DNA of 34,595 bases from an uncultured bacterium (GTDB lineage: Bacteria; Actinomycetota; Acidimicrobiia; Spongiisociales; UBA11373), in assembly GCA_965370535.1 (NCBI GenBank), contig CBDUUY010000001.1:1-34595 (forward strand), written 5' to 3'. The notes under the pieces were generated by a model. It did no database searches. It saw only the letters and a program-made list of their open reading frames with translations, and had not been told where the DNA came from. The translations under genes were made by a program, and so were the position numbers. Each line of letters starts with the position of its first letter. Position 1 is the first letter of the stretch. This document shows, piece by piece, positions 33,552 to 34,595 of this stretch.

Positions 33552-34568
33552 ATGAGTGACCCCATTGCCGAGGCGATCGGCGGCGGCGACCTCGACGAAT
33601 TGGTGAGATTGGTGGACGGCCTTTGCAGTGCAAGGGAGTGGTCGGAGGTGGTGCGGTTGCGGGATCGCTGCCGTCACGCCCTCGAGAGGGGCCTGCAACT
33701 GTGGCCCGCCGCCGAGTACGCCGAGTATCGCCTGGCTCTCGAGGCCCCGGGGCCGTTTGCCGGGCCGGTGGTCCGGGAGGGTGCTGGCCGTTTCGCCCTG
33801 GGACCGCTATGGGAGGTGGCCGGCTCCACCCACCCGTGGGAGGCGCTGGCCCCTCACATCCCCGATGGCCCGTCCCGGGCGATGGCCGCCCATGAACGGG
33901 TGATCCGGGGTGAGGACCTCACCGCCGAGACCGGCATCGACCGCTTGGTGCTGGAACTGCCCCTACTCCTCGAGCCGTGGGAGCCTGCGTATCCGCCGGC
34001 GGTCTATCGGTCGGACAAGGCCGACTTCCCGACCCCGTCTCTCCCGAACCTTGTCCCCGTCGTGCTGCCGGAGGCCGGTGAGCAGATAGACGACGAGGAG
34101 TCGGTGGAGGCGCTCTTCGACCTGGGCCGGGTTTGGATGGAGCAGTCGAACGGAGCGTGTGCCGCCGTGGCCGTCGACGGTGGGGCGAAGGGGGCGATCG
34201 CCGCACTCGTGCCCGGGCCCGTGCGGATGGCCGGGGTGGATGCCGCCACCGCATTCGCCTGGATGGCTTGGGCGGGTGCCACCGGCGGCGCTTACGGGCG
34301 GCGGCGAGGCACACCGGCGGGACGGTTTTCGGCGTGGTGGGTTGGTGCAGCCCTCTGCGGCCTGGAGTGGCCGCCGGATCCTGCCGCCCTGGGGGAGGCG
34401 GTGGCGGATCTGGAGTGGTTTGTGTGGGAACCGTCCGGATCGGTGGGAGGGTGGTCGCTGCATCTGGCGGCCGCTCACCCGGAGGAGGGCATCGCCTGGG
34501 CGGTGGCGGCCACCGACACCCACCGGGAGGACGATCCCGACAAGCCGGACGACGGCGCTGAGGGGTAG
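33552..34568 (+). CDS. conserved-looking hypothetical protein (family not recognised with confidence)
   Basis: 338 aa with GGGGAGAAG upstream of the ATG and a strong GC3 bias. It is soluble with an acidic C-terminal tail. Confidence 0.6.
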   Translation: MSDPIAEAIGGGDLDELVRLVDGLCSAREWSEVVRLRDRCRHALERGLQLWPAAEYAEYRLALEAPGPFAGPVVREGAGRFALGPLWEVAGSTHPWEALAPHIPDGPSRAMAAHERVIRGEDLTAETGIDRLVLELPLLLEPWEPAYPPAVYRSDKADFPTPSLPNLVPVVLPEAGEQIDDEESVEALFDLGRVWMEQSNGACAAVAVDGGAKGAIAALVPGPVRMAGVDAATAFAWMAWAGATGGAYGRRRGTPAGRFSAWWVGAALCGLEWPPDPAALGEAVADLEWFVWEPSGSVGGWSLHLAAAHPEEGIAWAVAATDTHREDDPDKPDDGAEG

Positions 34569-34595
34569 TGCCCTGGCCAGGAGCGTTGGTGATGT

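Noticed and set aside
1-34595. Search for mobile elements, defence systems, CRISPR, tRNA/rRNA, or sharp compositional islands
   Set aside because: I saw no transposase, integrase or recombinase motifs, no terminal inverted repeats, no repeat-spacer arrays, no tRNA-like cloverleaf candidates and no nuclease, helicase or methylase clusters. Only promoter-sized regions (3817-3968 and about 30780-30905) dip in GC.

Overview
High-GC (roughly two-thirds G+C by eye) actinobacterial-style chromosomal segment, densely coding (about 38 CDS) and mostly arranged in short, translationally coupled operons with ATGA/GTGA/TGATG start-stop overlaps. I saw no rRNA, tRNA, CRISPR array, transposase, integrase or phage genes. 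From left to right the window holds: a partial nitronate monooxygenase and an MmpL-type RND transporter; an ArsR-like wHTH regulator divergent from an SOS-box-controlled imuA'-imuB mutasome cassette with no adjacent dnaE2; an aminotransferase, a SAM methyltransferase and a lipoprotein; two tandem ABC-2 exporter systems, the first preceded by a PLDc_N micro-membrane protein; a sugar ABC importer (SBP plus two permeases, no ATPase); an orphan 285-aa ORF; plsC, an enoyl-CoA hydratase coupled to a YcaQ/AlkZ-family DNA glycosylase; a membrane-anchored pentaheme c-type cytochrome coupled to a 71-aa miniprotein; an SDR, a phosphohexomutase, a membrane protein and a YbaK-type deacylase; a TPP-riboswitch-controlled thiamine salvage operon (thiamine pyrophosphokinase plus thiB/P/Q-like importer); a micro-ORF / ribbon-helix-helix / DUF4097 operon behind a promoter carrying 11-bp-phased direct repeats; an SGNH hydrolase; and two hypothetical genes. 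The parts most worth follow-up are the cytochrome-plus-miniprotein pair, the micro-ORF/RHH/DUF4097 module with its repeat operator, a small family of GC-rich palindromic intergenic repeats at two convergent junctions, and the orphan ORF. I found no canonical defence or mobile system. All functional calls rest on motif and family recognition by eye and need HMM/BLAST confirmation.
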